Positions 1 to 14,200 of a DNA stretch of 64,000 nucleotides are shown here, in pieces (positions within the stretch are counted from its first letter, which is position 1; each line of letters starts with the position of its first letter). The translations under genes were made by a program, and so were the position numbers. The DNA lies in assembly GCF_000150275.1 (NCBI RefSeq), contig NW_002060958.1, forward strand, positions 38,966-102,965, read 5' to 3'. Source of the DNA: Trichoplax adhaerens. Lineage: Eukaryota; Animalia; Placozoa. The notes under the pieces were generated by a model. That model was not told the origin of the DNA. It worked only from the letters and a program-made list of their open reading frames with translations, and ran no database searches.

Positions 1-325
1 ATATCTGTATTGCAATTGAACTGCTATTAATATAAGCACGGAATTAATCAGCATAATATATGAAAAAGCAACATTTGCAACTATTAATATGCTAATATGA
101 AGAATATATTAAAATCAATTACGGTAACTCATGAGGTATCTGTACAAATTTATTATTGCCACATGAACATATAAACGAACTGAAACAGGCTGCTATCTCA
201 TTTATCTACTTTCTAATTTGCATTTAAAATAATAAATATATAATCCTGTAGATGAATTCTCATTATCTGTCCTGTATTAGTAAAATATATATCATATTTT
301 TGACTATTAAAATCTTGTTTGTTAG

Positions 326-3300
326 GATAAGTACGGCTTAATCTGGAATTGTCAATTGTCAGAACTCGCTAAAGGCGTCTTAAGCGAAGTTGCAATGCAT
401 TATGATATTCCTTTTAGGCAGCAGGCTATTTGGTTCGTTGATTTAAACTTATACATGTATGCCTATATCTTTGAAAAATAAACTTTTATTGTATTTTCCT
501 ATTCTAGTTCCATACTATGCCAGTGCTATATTAACGATGTCAAACCTTTGGATTATAAAGTATTAGGAAATGAGCTCAAAAAAGTTATTGCCTCACTTGA
601 TGACTTTAGCCCAGATATGGTTTGTCTTCAAATTTAATATTAATCAAAATCAGAATCGAACATTGTATTGGAAATAAATTGAGATTAACAAATTTTTCTT
701 TACTTTATAATTATCAGTTTGTCACATTAGAAAATTTTTTCAACAATTTATGCCTTTCTTTAGCACGAGGAATTAGTGATTGGATTAGAAGCCTTCGTAG
801 ATCGCTCTATGATATTCTTTAATCATGTGAGGGACTTAATGCCTGAAAATGATACTCAAAATCTCAGTGCACTGCCAGAATTAATTGGGTAAGTAGACAC
901 TATAGATTATGAAAGCGTAAATATGCTTTCATTTGGAAAAATACCGTATTATGTGCCAATCTGATCTGATATTGATGGTTTTGTTAGCATTTTAAAGTTA
1001 ATTTATAGTATGAAAAAATTTCAACAACGGCGCAAGAAACCTAATTTAAAGATAGATATACAAAATGCTTGCAAGGTATCAGCTTTTATGTGTTGATAGA
1101 TAGAATAGGATACAAGAATCAGCTACTAGATAAGTTCTTAATCAAGAGATTCGTCTCTATTCTAGTTAATGTTTGATTAATTATTGCTTTCACTATTTAG
1201 AAAGGAACAGAATCTTGGTATTACACTCAGCGAGAACTTATTGTAGCTAAAGCTAAGGTAAAATAATGATCTGAGAATGATGTTATAATTTACTGGTTAG
1301 CTCTGCAATATACTAGAATAATGACATTGAATGCTTTTATTAATTATCATAGACAGCTTATAGCATAACTGAGCTTGTAGTAGCTTGTAATTTCAGAGCT
1401 TGATAATATTAGTAGTTTTTGTAATAATTATATTGATTAGATGAGAAATTATAAATTTTATACCAAGTCAGATAGAATTAGCTTATAGCCATACGTTCAT
1501 CGTTTACCTGAACCACTTAAAACTTGAGCAATAGTAGACTGCAAAGTTACAAAAAAATTTTACTGATAAACCCATAAATAGTGAGATGTAATTATTTTAC
1601 TCTCTAGTCCTATACTGCGCTATAGAGCCTTGCAGCAAGACTAATATTTCTTCGTATAGGAATAAGGTATCAGATTAAAAAGTATCTTTGCACAGATACA
1701 ATATGATGCAATTTTCATTATTACTAGCCAAACTCGAATAATTAACCCTTATAGAATTAGCTGCTATGTGTAAATCTACTTTTGGCGATTAATCTTGTTT
1801 AATTAGTGAGAATAAGGCTAAAAGATACGAAAAACTTGATTTAAGAAGTCATAAAATGACAAAATGCTGCTTGCTACTCGCTAGCTAAATGCTAAATTTT
1901 CAAGAATAATTCGCAAGACACAAAAATTGATTCATAGTCTATATTACCGCAGGAATGCAGCATTTACCTAATCAAGCCTATCTTGACTTGTAATTATAGC
2001 AAATTCTACCTAGTTGATTTGATTTAACATACTTATTATGTTTTCAGACTCTTACTAAAGAGTTTCAACTCTTTCGAGAACTCGTTCAAAAGATGTATGT
2101 GGATTTAAAGGTGTCCAAGTTATTTTATAACAAGGTGTTTTCACGGTAAGAAGAATTATATTGAACCTATGCTTTAAAGTGATGTTATTGTGAGATTCTA
2201 ATCTATCATTGAACAAAATTCCATTGCATTAGGATTTGTGATGATTACTTCACGGATTGCTTCCTAATTATTGATAAAGTGGTACGATATTGCATAGGAA
2301 TAGTGAATATTATTAAATTTTTAAGTTGACTGATTTCTTTAAACTACTAATTTGAGTTATGCAACTTGATTTCCAAGTACCAGTATATAAGAAATCTTAT
2401 TAATTCAGCAGAAAATTTATTCTGGATCTTGTAATCTTCTTAACCAGATCAGTGAAGATGCTAAAAGGCTATTTGCTAGATTCGACAAATCAGAATTTGT
2501 TACATCGGAGAAGATTGATCAATTAGTTTCCGATCTATATTTTACATTAAAAGGCCTGGCAATTTACCGGGCTCATTTAAGCGAAAGTGCTAAATCAATT
2601 CCATTACAGCTAGACTCCATTCATTTATGGTCCAGGTGCTTATTAGAAGTGCTAATTCGTAACGACTTTCGAGATACTAAGGAACGAATTACAAAAGCCG
2701 TCCAACTTGAAGAGGTAAATGTAGGGAAATAACTTTTAGAATTCATCTTGATGCGCTAATTAAATCTTGACTAGATCGTGTCTCATTTTCTGCACCAGTT
2801 CAAATATTCGCATATACTATAGATAAGATAATTTCATATTTTAACAATTATGATACTAGATAGTTTGGGTTAGCTTTTGCATTTTTATAAAATATAGTTG
2901 AAAATTATAATATTATTGTGCAGCAGATGCAAAATAACTGATTATCCAAGGTTATACCTGATTGCATCTAGGTTGTTGATTCCAATTTCAAGTTTTCGTC
3001 TTCTGCTGTCGATACTGCTGGCCTATTCAATAAAACTTGTCAGCTGTGGAAAAATATTGCATGGCCAGAACCTGATGAGGCATTCGCATTCGTTTCTAAA
3101 ATTGTTGATGTACGTAAACACAAGCTTAGCTACCTTTATTAAGTGTTATTTGACTTTTTTAGAAACATTAACCCATTGCTGATCATTTAAAATTGAGTTG
3201 TGTTTCCTTGCTAGACCCCAATCTAACATAATAGCTATTTCCTTTCTGTTTATTAGAATATTGCCAATGCTGGCTGCTTTTATGGAAATCTACTTGATAA

Positions 3301-6300
3301 CCGCCTGAAAGTAGCTAAATTCTACGATGACGTTGGTTCGTTTGATATTACTGAACAGGTATACTTTAACTAAAGCCAATTCAGAAAATCTAAAATTGCA
3401 GATAGTATGAGGAAGTAGTACCAGATATAGTAGAGACCTACAATTATACTAAAATCAATATAGTCCATCGTAGGAAAGCTATTATGAGCTAAATTGGATC
3501 ATCGTTTGATCCAATCTTTCCTTCTTGCGTCTACGTGTATAAATGATATTTCAAAATGCTATCTACCGTAAATGACGAAATATCTTGAGTATTTAGATAC
3601 TCTAAATAATCTTAGAAATAGTCATAAACTGGATATAATTCACTTTCGTAGAAATTAGAGCGAGCAAAGTTGCAATGAAAGGCATATCGTACTATTGCAG
3701 TTACGGTACTTTCCAATTTCCAGTAAATGAAATTTATAGTGTATTATTAGTCTTGTTCGACATTTTCTGGAGTTAATTTTCTTTATACTCGTTATTTTTA
3801 AAACTTTTGAAACAGCCACCTACAGTATACGCTTTATAAATTATGTGCAGTATAGTATCGAATATGCATGAATAAATCTTGGAATATTAGCTATCAAGTA
3901 TAAAGGATTAAATCTAGCACTATTGATTAATCACTCGGTTTTATCTGGAATCAATCACCGGATAAATATGGATTCTAGCTGTGTATAACATTAAATAACC
4001 TGGATCATATTCGAAGAAATTTGCAATCACTACCAAAGGATTTAAATTTCGATCAAGCGATTGAAAATTTATCACATCATGGCCGTGATCAACAAGACCG
4101 TTTTCGAACTGTACTGACAAATATTTTAAAAGGTGCTGATGACGATTTAATGAACAAAACAGTGATTATGATCGATCAAGTTGGAAAAAAGGTACATAGT
4201 AGATTGCTTGCTGCGAATTTTGAGCTATTGATGATATTTTATATTTGTAAAGCGAATCTCGATTAAAAGTTGATTTGGAAATAAATCTTCTCATGATTTG
4301 TGATATTTTAATTAATGCAGATGGAAGTTGACATTTACAAGCATTTGCAGACGTTTTCATCATCGCCGCCGACTGTCAATGTTAATCAGGTATAAATTCG
4401 AAGGCCATAGCTTCTAATGCTTTACGTTTATGCTTTTAACTTGTTTAATGTTCCAGCTATGGACATTTTGGCCTAAAACTCAGATTGAGAAATATTTTAT
4501 TAGCATACGCATATACTGTACGCGTATATCGTGGCCCTCTCATGCCAGTATGTGAATTTTTCGAAACAGTACTAAATCTTCTAGCATATGATATTTCATC
4601 CGTAAATTTTTAATATCTGACCTTTCTCAATTTCACTTAATCTTTACGAAATGAATAAATATTTCTATACTAGTTTGTAACTGCTAGATCACTTAGTAAA
4701 TGAGTTATACATGGCAATTATTCTTGCCTTTTATTTATCTCTTGTTTTATTTTCAAATATTACAATCAATATTTATATAGAAATTTATGATAGTATGATT
4801 TGCAGATATATATGTAGTATCTATCCTATACTTTACTTAGTACTTAGGCTGTTTCATCTCCAAACTATTGAATGCTTAAATACGGTTTTGTAACTATATT
4901 GCATAATCATTTCTTGGTGGATTTATGCGTAGTGCATCATCCTACATTTATTCTTTCTTTACGAGATACAGAAATTTTGACCTGAAATTTCCATAGCATA
5001 ATAATTATTAGCTAGATAATAATTTACGAGCATATTTACATCCTGAACTAGTTCCATAATACAATCGTATCGGACCTGCTTGCCTTATATGCAACTTCCA
5101 ATCCACAAACATTAGACGGAATATTGTTTTACATGGCGTTGAAAAATAGATATTCATGTCTCAATAGTGGTCTTAATTATTCTATTTTGGTATCTGACCT
5201 TTTTTCTAATCTGATCAATCTTTAAATCATAAAAATTTCGATGCGATTTCCCAACTTCTTGATAGCTTATTCTTTGCAAATTTTTGTTCGCATTTTGTAA
5301 CTATCCTATTTTATAAATGAATTTCGATAACATCATTTCTTGTTTTAAACTGTAGGCAATATCTCCACTGCTTAGCTATCTGCAAGAAAATTCCATCAAA
5401 TTGCAGGAATGCCTATTCAAAGATGTCTACCATAGGTATTTAAGTGATTATGGAATCAAAAATTGTAATAGAGTAATAATTGCATATCTATGCAGATTAT
5501 TATCTATTCTAAAGTTTTCGGGTTGATTTACTGTAAATATTTCCTATGTTATTATCTTTATCGAGACATTGTCTTTGAACTTATAGATATTGCTTATTTT
5601 CCTCCTTTAGCTTTAATATTAAAATTGTAGATGTTACCATGAAATGCCTTTATCAAATTACACTAAAAGTAGGAGAGCAGAAAACTTCTCTATTTTCCTT
5701 TAAGTCTGATACAAAGTCTATGGTAAGATTTTACCATCATTTAACCGTAGCGTACTTAAACTTCACAATTTAAGATACTGAAGATGCCGGATAAAATTAT
5801 CTGATGTAAGATTATTGTCTAATACCTCAACTAATCCTATTGAACAGACAATGATGGAAGTTTATAATAGGCTATGGGATTGTCAACAGGTTTGTTACTA
5901 TAAGAAGATAAATAAGCCGCACATAATGCAATCAATTTATTCATTATCATTCCCACAAATTAGTAATTATTGTTTTTAGTCTAATTTTGTTGGATACATC
6001 TTGTTATGATAAAGTGCCTCAATATCAGAAATGATCAAAATTCAATAACTTATAATGTTCTTTTATTACATTATCTACTCTTTCAACCAAGAATAAGACT
6101 AACTAACACTTGGAGATTAAATTTCCTGTTTATACACATTATCAGTCAGTTCTATTTATGTCTATAATTTCTGATTAGTCTAGCACCCAATAACCAGCAT
6201 AATCTGTTGTTTCCAATCATCTTAATAAGATATTCCTAACCAATGTTCCAATATTTACTGTGACTATTTAGTACGGATAAGTACATAACATAATCTTAAG

Positions 6301-8807
6301 ATTGCAGTGAGTCTACTATATCGCACATGCAATGTTAAATTTACAATTTTATATAACACTTAGAGACTTCCTACAGCTTATTAAGCTATTTTTAGGGCTA
6401 GAATATTCATTTTAGTTTAGTAAAACTGACAAGTTTCTTCTACTCTAGGTGTTGAAAGATTTCTTTTTTAATGGAGGAGATGGTATCGATCTTGTTACTA
6501 TCGAAAATGATCATTTCTACGTAGTAAGTTAATATAATAGTTTATATTCCATTTAAAATGGTTAAATTAACCTGATTTAAAAATGGTATACTTTTCCTTT
6601 TCAGCAAACGGTGCAATTTTTAAATGTGGCTAAATTGGATACTACTAGACTTATTGGACTTTATTTTGAAGAGAAGGTAAAAAATCAGGTTTATAAAAGA
6701 ATCCATTATACTCTAGGATTTCCTTGTGATTACATCAATTAAGATGTCTACCGACTATGAAAGAGAAATCGGCTCCTTAGATTGATCAAATAAGAGTCAT
6801 TTACGACTTTATATTTGTTTCCTTTGTAATGTAGTTTGTACATACTGTATAAAATAAAATAAATGCGGTGCTGCTTGGAAACGAGAAGTACTAAGTTTTT
6901 ATTAGATGGTGTTACGTTTATTACAAAATTTCTAAAACATATTTTGATTTGTACAGCTTAAAGCAAAGCAAGAGGAAAACCTTGGTTCATTAGCAGTAAA
7001 ATTATTCTATGATATATCCCAGCATAAACTTTCTGTCAACGGTAAATTGCTTTTGCCCTACCAGCGTTATTTTCTACTTCAATTAACTAAAATTAACTAG
7101 AATAGCATTCTGAAAGGCTAATATCTTAAATTCTATAGTCATCTATGCCAAGAATTTACTAGCACTGGATTCTAACGGTAATATTCACATTTAAACTTTC
7201 TATCAACTAATCATTTAGACTGACTAGTTGTTCTTGTTGGATGATGCGATATAATACTTGTATACTTGAATCTAGCAATTAGCAGATTTTGTATTGGAGA
7301 TATTTGATTCTTTCTCGTATTTTGGATGTAATTTAGTCTAAAGTAATTCCATTTATTATCTAAAAACTATATAGGGTTAAATCATTCATCTTTTCTTCCG
7401 ACTAGCGTAATTCTTTAATAATCTTGAAAGCTAATTTTCAGATAATAGTAATTTATTTTAGAATTTTTCCTTCGAGCTATAATGTATCTTACTTTTTTAC
7501 GAATTTAGAACTTTTCACATTTGCTTCCAATCATTATGATTTTATACATTATAAGATTAGAATTTAGTCTTATTGTCATCTGATTCCATCCTTACAATAC
7601 GAAAACGATAAATCTTGTTACAGACTTGAGATTAAGAATATTTAACATGAATTTCATTCTCATATTAATAGGATTAAGCGATCCGTATGTCGTTATTGAT
7701 CTGCTCCCAGAGAATCTTTTCTCATGCTCACACAAAGAGACTAAAGTATGCAAAAAGACATTAAATCCAGTCTTTGAAGAAACATTTACCTTGTAAGTAG
7801 ACCCTGTAAATTAGGTATTGCAAATATTATTGCTTTACTAAAATATAATTGATAAACCCCATCTGCTGGAACCAATATCATGCACGACAATATCTTTTCA
7901 CAATAGGTTTTGAAAATTGTAACGTATAGCCAGTAGAAAATGTAGGATCTTTAGCTCATTGTTTGTATTTCATTATTAATTTTTAAGTTTAACATGAAAA
8001 TTATAGTGTTTAGCCAACAGAATCTGCTAGATATTTGATCGCTTATTCTTCATGTCTTCTTATTAATTTCCAAGCAAAACACGGAAGTTATTTCTCATAA
8101 CTAATAGAATGTACAGGATGCTTAATAATCAGCTAATTCTTCGTACTATGCCATCAATTTTTAAGCATGCTATGGAAGTTATGGTGCTTAGCTAATTGAA
8201 TACGCAGGATATTTAATCAAGCCATTCTTCCCGTTACATCATTAATTTTCAAGCATAGCATAAAATTATAATTTTTAGCCAATAGAATCTCCAGCCTAAT
8301 TTATACCATTTAATTTCTAAGCATAACATGAAAATTGTGTTAGTAGCTTCCGATGTTTTGATAACAAATTATATTCTAGCTGCTTATTTAAGACAAACCG
8401 ATATTCGACATATACAATAGAATTGAATCTTTAAATTTAAGTATATATCGAAGCAAAGCTTACAGCTAAATTATTCTTTCTAAATTTATAGCATTATCGA
8501 TAAAGCGCTATTTCAGACGTCCGGAACTGCCGTTTTATTTACAGTGATGGATCAAGACATGATTAGTAGGAATGATTACGGTGGCGAAAGCGTTATTCTG
8601 ATGAAAGATATCACCATTATTGACAACAGAAAGGATGCAAATCAAGAAGAAATACCTGAACTGAATTTAAAATTATCTATGCCATGCATATCAGGAGAGA
8701 TTTTTAATCTTATTGATGATCGAGTCGATGATGATCCAAATGCTAAAAAATTTATTGCATTCCGTAGAAAGGCTTGTGATGCTGCAGAGGATGCTCGAAA
8801 TAAGTGA
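326..8807 (+). CDS. BAIAP3: BAIAP3/UNC13D (Munc13-4)-like protein, MUN domain plus C-terminal C2 domain; multi-exon, 5' part lies outside the window
   Basis: Spliced exons give WNCQLSELAKGVLSEVAMHYDI (from 326), HEELVIGLEAFVDRSMIFFNHVRDL (~763-887) and the C2B segment GLSDPYVVIDLLPENLF...KKTLNPVFEETFTF (~7672-7792). The last exon, 8492-8807, reads FTVMDQDMISRNDYGGE...DDPNAKKFIAFRRK*. These match remembered BAIAP3/UNC13D C2B motifs (GLSDPFV..L.P..LF; FTVMDHD..S.NDFAGE). BAIAP3 versus UNC13D orthology cannot be resolved by eye. Confidence 0.8.
7974..8340. repeat. Degenerate tandem repeat (~5 units of ~70-90 bp) in the last intron of the BAIAP3-like gene
   Basis: The core ATTAATTTYYAAGCA..ACATGAAAATT recurs near 7974, 8062, 8153, 8241 and 8310. 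Units 1 and 4 share TTTAGCCAAYAGAATCT. Confidence 0.55.
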
Positions 8808-11269
8808 ATTTAAGCACAATTAAAGATATTGCTTACTACCAATGCTATTTATGCATTATCCAACTCGATTAGTACAGATTGATACGACTCTTTTTGGTCA
8901 AGTAAAAGGAACTTTGCTCTAGATTTTGACTCGATTTCTTTATGTGCGGGTAGTATGAGAACCTCATATTTATGAAATTTGGTTTTACTTATTGATTTTT
9001 GATAGTATTTTCTTGCTTCATCTTTAAATAAGAGGGCTATTAGCTAATATTTGGCTAGTATAACAGTAAAAGTAAATTCAGCACTGATTATCATAAAAGT
9101 TATGTTTTATGTTACTTTGCTATTAGAACTTACACACACAGTAAGATCTATTTAGGCCTATGATTGCTGCTTACATTATCTATCAGGAAAGAATTTATTA
9201 TCAATGCTTCAAAGCACTTAGGATGATATAAATTACTTGAAACTATTTATTGTACTAGCCAGGTTTCAATTTTATAACTTTCTTTTTGATATGTTTCTCT
9301 TAGCTATTACTTTCACAATATGGAGCAGAAATAAAATAGACATGATTCGCATATACTGCTTACTATTTATTGTTAATAATCTTTAAATAGGAATTTTATC
9401 GATCCGTTAGTATAAGGAACATCATTTTAAATCTTTCTAATTTGGAGATATATTGATTGTTCTAAGTAACTTTGTCAGTAGTTATGATAGACTGGCTAAT
9501 ATTTCAGGGTACAATTATCTAAGCGAGCAAAATTGATCCAGTTTCATAGCCGATCCTGAAATACACTGATTTTGGTAACGGTCGAGATAATGAATATGAA
9601 AATTATTCTGCTTATCCTTAAGGTTTATTAAGTTTTCTTTACTTATGAATTAGAGATTTTCAAAATCTTTATTGTTTGGTAGCTTACAGATATCCAAGAA
9701 ATATGTTTTGATTCGCACAAGCTAGATCTTAGTGCTTCCTGTTCCACTATCCCTAAAATTATGCTCGTTCAGAGGTTGATTCTGATGAAAGCGTGATCAG
9801 AGTATGCTTTAGATGAAAACATATATATCATTGCTTTCTCGATATAATAATAAGTATCCTCAATCTTGATCTCTCAGAGGTGGCATTTAGCTTCATTAAT
9901 AATTTCAAGAGCCAGCTCGATGTCTCATATCCGCGAAAGATAACGATATCTAAGATTATTCCTACAAACATTACCGTAGTCTATATGTAATATCTTAGGT
10001 GAGCTTTAGTGAGCACTAAAGTATTTCACATGCCATAATTTCAAGTAGGAACATTTTAATAATGCTGTCGCTGTCAATTATTATGTTGAATTTATTCCTT
10101 GTATAAAAGACTACTACTTTTTCAAGATTGCCATATTTCAGTATGATATCCAGGGTATGGCGGATTTTGCTCTAAAAGCTAGTTTCTCTTCCTTAAGAGC
10201 ATTACAGCCCAAGCCATTAAATAATATAGGATAGTGCATGAAATACCATGCCAACAAATTTAATGGTGGTTATATTTACTATAGGCGTGTAATTATATTT
10301 GCACTTTTTAAAAGTTCCTTTTGCTGTTTAAGAGCGTAGTTGATTTCAAGATGGTTGCATTACAGCATTGATATTGCCGGCATTATTTACCGGTATCTAG
10401 TCTAAAAGTTAATTACTTACTTAGCAGTATGTGTAGCAGTTATTATCAAAACATTAAACATTTAAGTATTCTAAGCTGGACTTATAAACTTCAAGATAAT
10501 GATCAGTTTATTATCTGCGAAAATTTCGCGAAATAACCCTGAGTATTAATAATAGCTCTTATGAAACTAATTTTAATGAATTATACGTATTCTGTTGGAA
10601 GTAAGATAGCTTTCGAATAAATAAATTTATAGAAAAAATATTTCAAATTATGCTCAGATAATTCCTTGCATGATTTTAGAGATGGTTTCATCTTATTGTT
10701 TGATCCAAAACCAAAAGATTTATGGAGGATGAGTAAAAATTAGCGCATAGCTTACAAATTCGTTAACTAAAAACCTATTTGAAAATACATGTAGAAAAGC
10801 CTTATATAAAATGCATTTAGTAATTAATGTTACTTCATTTTCTTTGCGAGTAAAATATGTATATTCTCTACTTGCTGGATACAAATTAGATACACGTTTA
10901 TATTCGCTCACTGCCAATTACATTGCACTTAATAGTAGATAAATATTTGTTTAGTAAATGATCTTTTAAGAATCTTCATTAGTAATCGCCATGTAATGCA
11001 AATTTAGATTTAACCTCATGATCCTATAATTTTGTGTATCGATGCAAAGTTTATATACTCCTTTAGAAGGAATGTACAATAGTTGAAATTTCAATAGATT
11101 CAATGGCGGCTTCCATCTGGATGGAGTTGATGCAAAATATTAACTGCCAGGAATCTTTTACTTAAAGCTATGGCAAACATTAACGATACTAAAATCCGAT
11201 ATAATAAGTATTCTTTGATATATTCTACAATAATTGATTCCAGTGAAGAGGATTAAAGAATAAAATCAT

Positions 11270-14200
11270 CTATTTTTCTAACTTTTTCTTCACATCGCTG
11301 AGAATAATTTTAAGAGCTGCAGCTGCTTCTCTGAAAATTGGAAATAATAAATCGCATATGAGACGATTGGATATCAAGGATCTTTAAGCTTAATTTCTAA
11401 ACTTACTTTGCTAAAACCACATCTCCTTTTTGCCTGTCTCGCAAGCTCTTAATGACTCTTTTATCTTTAATCATCATATAGCTAAATGCTCGTATGGCCT
11501 ATCGAAAGAATAAACCATGTTAAATTTAACACGTAAAGAATGCTTAATAGAATTAATACTCATATATTTGAAGATTTATTGTCTATCTTAGAAGCTGTTG
11601 TAAATTTTACCCAACTAGTTAGTGGATAGCGTGTATGAAAAATGTTGTAAACTAATTTTTCGTCATAATTAAATTATAGCTGTAAGGCAGTAATCTGAAA
11701 ATTTTTACCTGAACTCGAACATCGATACTAGAATCTAATTCCACAATTTCTAATAAGATTTTAATATCTTTCTCAGTATCTAGCTTTAAAGTCGCCTAAA
11801 TAAAGAAAAAGCGGGATATTGCTTAGACACTGTGTATGAGAACCTGGAAATGTTAATTCCAGTTCCTAGCATCATATCGGCCACTATCTTTGTGATCAGA
11901 TTTCAATTTAACAGGAATAAATAAAAAATAGATGCCGATATACGAAGGACTGGATATGATTATGCTTCTTTACAGGTAAAATTGCAGCAATATTGCCTTG
12001 ATCATATAATCAATTTATTAGACCAATAAACTGATATCCCTATCGTTATTTTTTTAGCATAAAAACTGCCCTTTTTGCCAAGCTTGCTTTAAATTAGAAG
12101 GTTAAGTGAGAGCTGTAGTAGAGCAAGCATACCAATATCATAGAGCTTTAAGTTTTTATTACGCGTACCTGTAATCATTGAAATATTAAGTTCTCTAACA
12201 CTCATATTTCAATATGTGATTAACGACCACTGCAATGAGCTTTAAACGTTTAAATATTATTTTTTTACATGTTTTGGCATTGAACAAGTTGTTATCAAGG
12301 GAATATCTCTGGGTTCACATTATATCATATGGGGTACTTACAAGAGATTTAACAGCTTGTGCACGAACTTTACTGCTCGCATCTTCCAGCCGCCTTTGGT
12401 TTACGAATTAAATTTGAATTTAGTATTTAAACCATCATGATAAATTAGAGTTATAAATCATAGAAGTTGGTTTATATCGTCAACATTGGCTTACTCAAAG
12501 ATAGATTCAATCATTTCATGTTTCAGTTTCAGTTCTTTCACAGTCTCAGCAGCTTCCTTTCGCACTTCCTATCGGGTTATTTTACGTCAAAGATAAAAGA
12601 AAAATATCAATGAATTGCGGATATCTGGCTTAAATCTACATTCGACATCAGAAAAGGCTACCAAATGTAGCTTTTATTTCTCACTTTATTCTTACTTTTC
12701 TATCACTTTTTAGAATCAATGATACATTTTAATGCATATCCAAATAAATTACGAAATCACATAAATTACATGATCAGTAAGCATTTTGTAATAACTACTT
12801 TAGATTTAAGATGCTGATGTAATATGCATTGCACAAATGCATTATTATCGACTAGTGCAACGTTAGTATTTCTCAATATTCATTTCGTTTTTCTTAACTC
12901 AACCAACCTTGCTAGGATCATCCCATAAAAGGCGCTGGAGAATGATAAAAATCCTGTCAGCGTCGAAAGTTAGCGCATGTAATCGACCTAATATAAGAAA
13001 TACTCGTATAAGTTAAAATTATCGAACGTTGGTTGTCTATTTTTCTCGTCAAGATTTTAAATGTTTAGAAACTTTATTACTATTCTAAATTCTTGCTAAA
13101 AGAACTTTTATGCAATCATCATTTTAGTATAGATCTTGGTAATAGCTACGGAATAGAAGATTACTCACCAATATTACCCAAAAGCCTACATGCGCTAACT
13201 CGATGCTAGAGGAAAAAAATTACAATTTATCTGGTTAGAGTCTATCAACACAGCTAAAATCCGGTACTAGATCATAAAACATCAACTTACCGCCCATTTC
13301 GACGATTTTTGTAGCTGCTGGAGGACATTTTCAATAACTTTTGAGGATTTGACATTAAATTGCTTAATTAAGGTCTCTAATGCCTAGTTTGATGTAGAGT
13401 ATAATTTTGATAGTTGAATCAAGTTGGTGGGCTCATTTACAGAGGCATTTACGATAGTAAAATTCCAGAAGATATTAACTATCATTCAATAGCGATGAAG
13501 ATTATGGAGCAGATTGACAAATAGGTGTGATAGTAAAAGTGGTAGTGAAAGTGATGAAAGGTAAAATTATCCGCAACTTCTAAAGCAAACTACCTTCGCT
13601 TTAACAGGACCTAGCTCGATATCCAAGCATCGAAGTAAGCGTTGCTTTGCCGTAGAACTTGATACACACATTCTACCTAGGCAAAGAGCTGCTTGGTAGG
13701 ATAAATCTTCATCTTCTGAGCCGGCTATTGCATCTAATTCTAGCTTTAGCAACTGAAATCCTTTAGATTTCTAGTTTTAAAAATATAAAAAAAGTATGTG
13801 GTTATCATCCTTTCGTATATAAGTAGTTTTAGAATGTCAGCAACTTGATTACCTTAATAATGTACTGAATGTCTTTAGCTTTCATTATCGTAGCCATTAT
13901 ATCTCTTTTTATTAGAGTATTCCCTAATGTAAATAAGAATTAGCACACTATGATTATTTCTAAATCTTTAGAGATTGATAGTAACATTAATCTCCAATAA
14001 AAGCAGTGTTTACGATTAAGTGGTTGACGGAAAATACGTTTTTAAATGATGTAATATAAGTATCTATTGATCTAAATTTTCGCCCATCCTACCTTTTCTT
14101 AGGAATTTAGTCAATACGAGCATAGCACAGTCTTCCCATGAACCTGCAAATTTTTATTGCCAATGAAATAAATATTATTTCCTGCCAGATATTGTACAGG

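Noticed and set aside
50-135. Possible additional BAIAP3-like exon ending CATGAG|GTATCT
   Set aside because: I could not find an acceptor that gives an open frame, so it was left out of the gene model.
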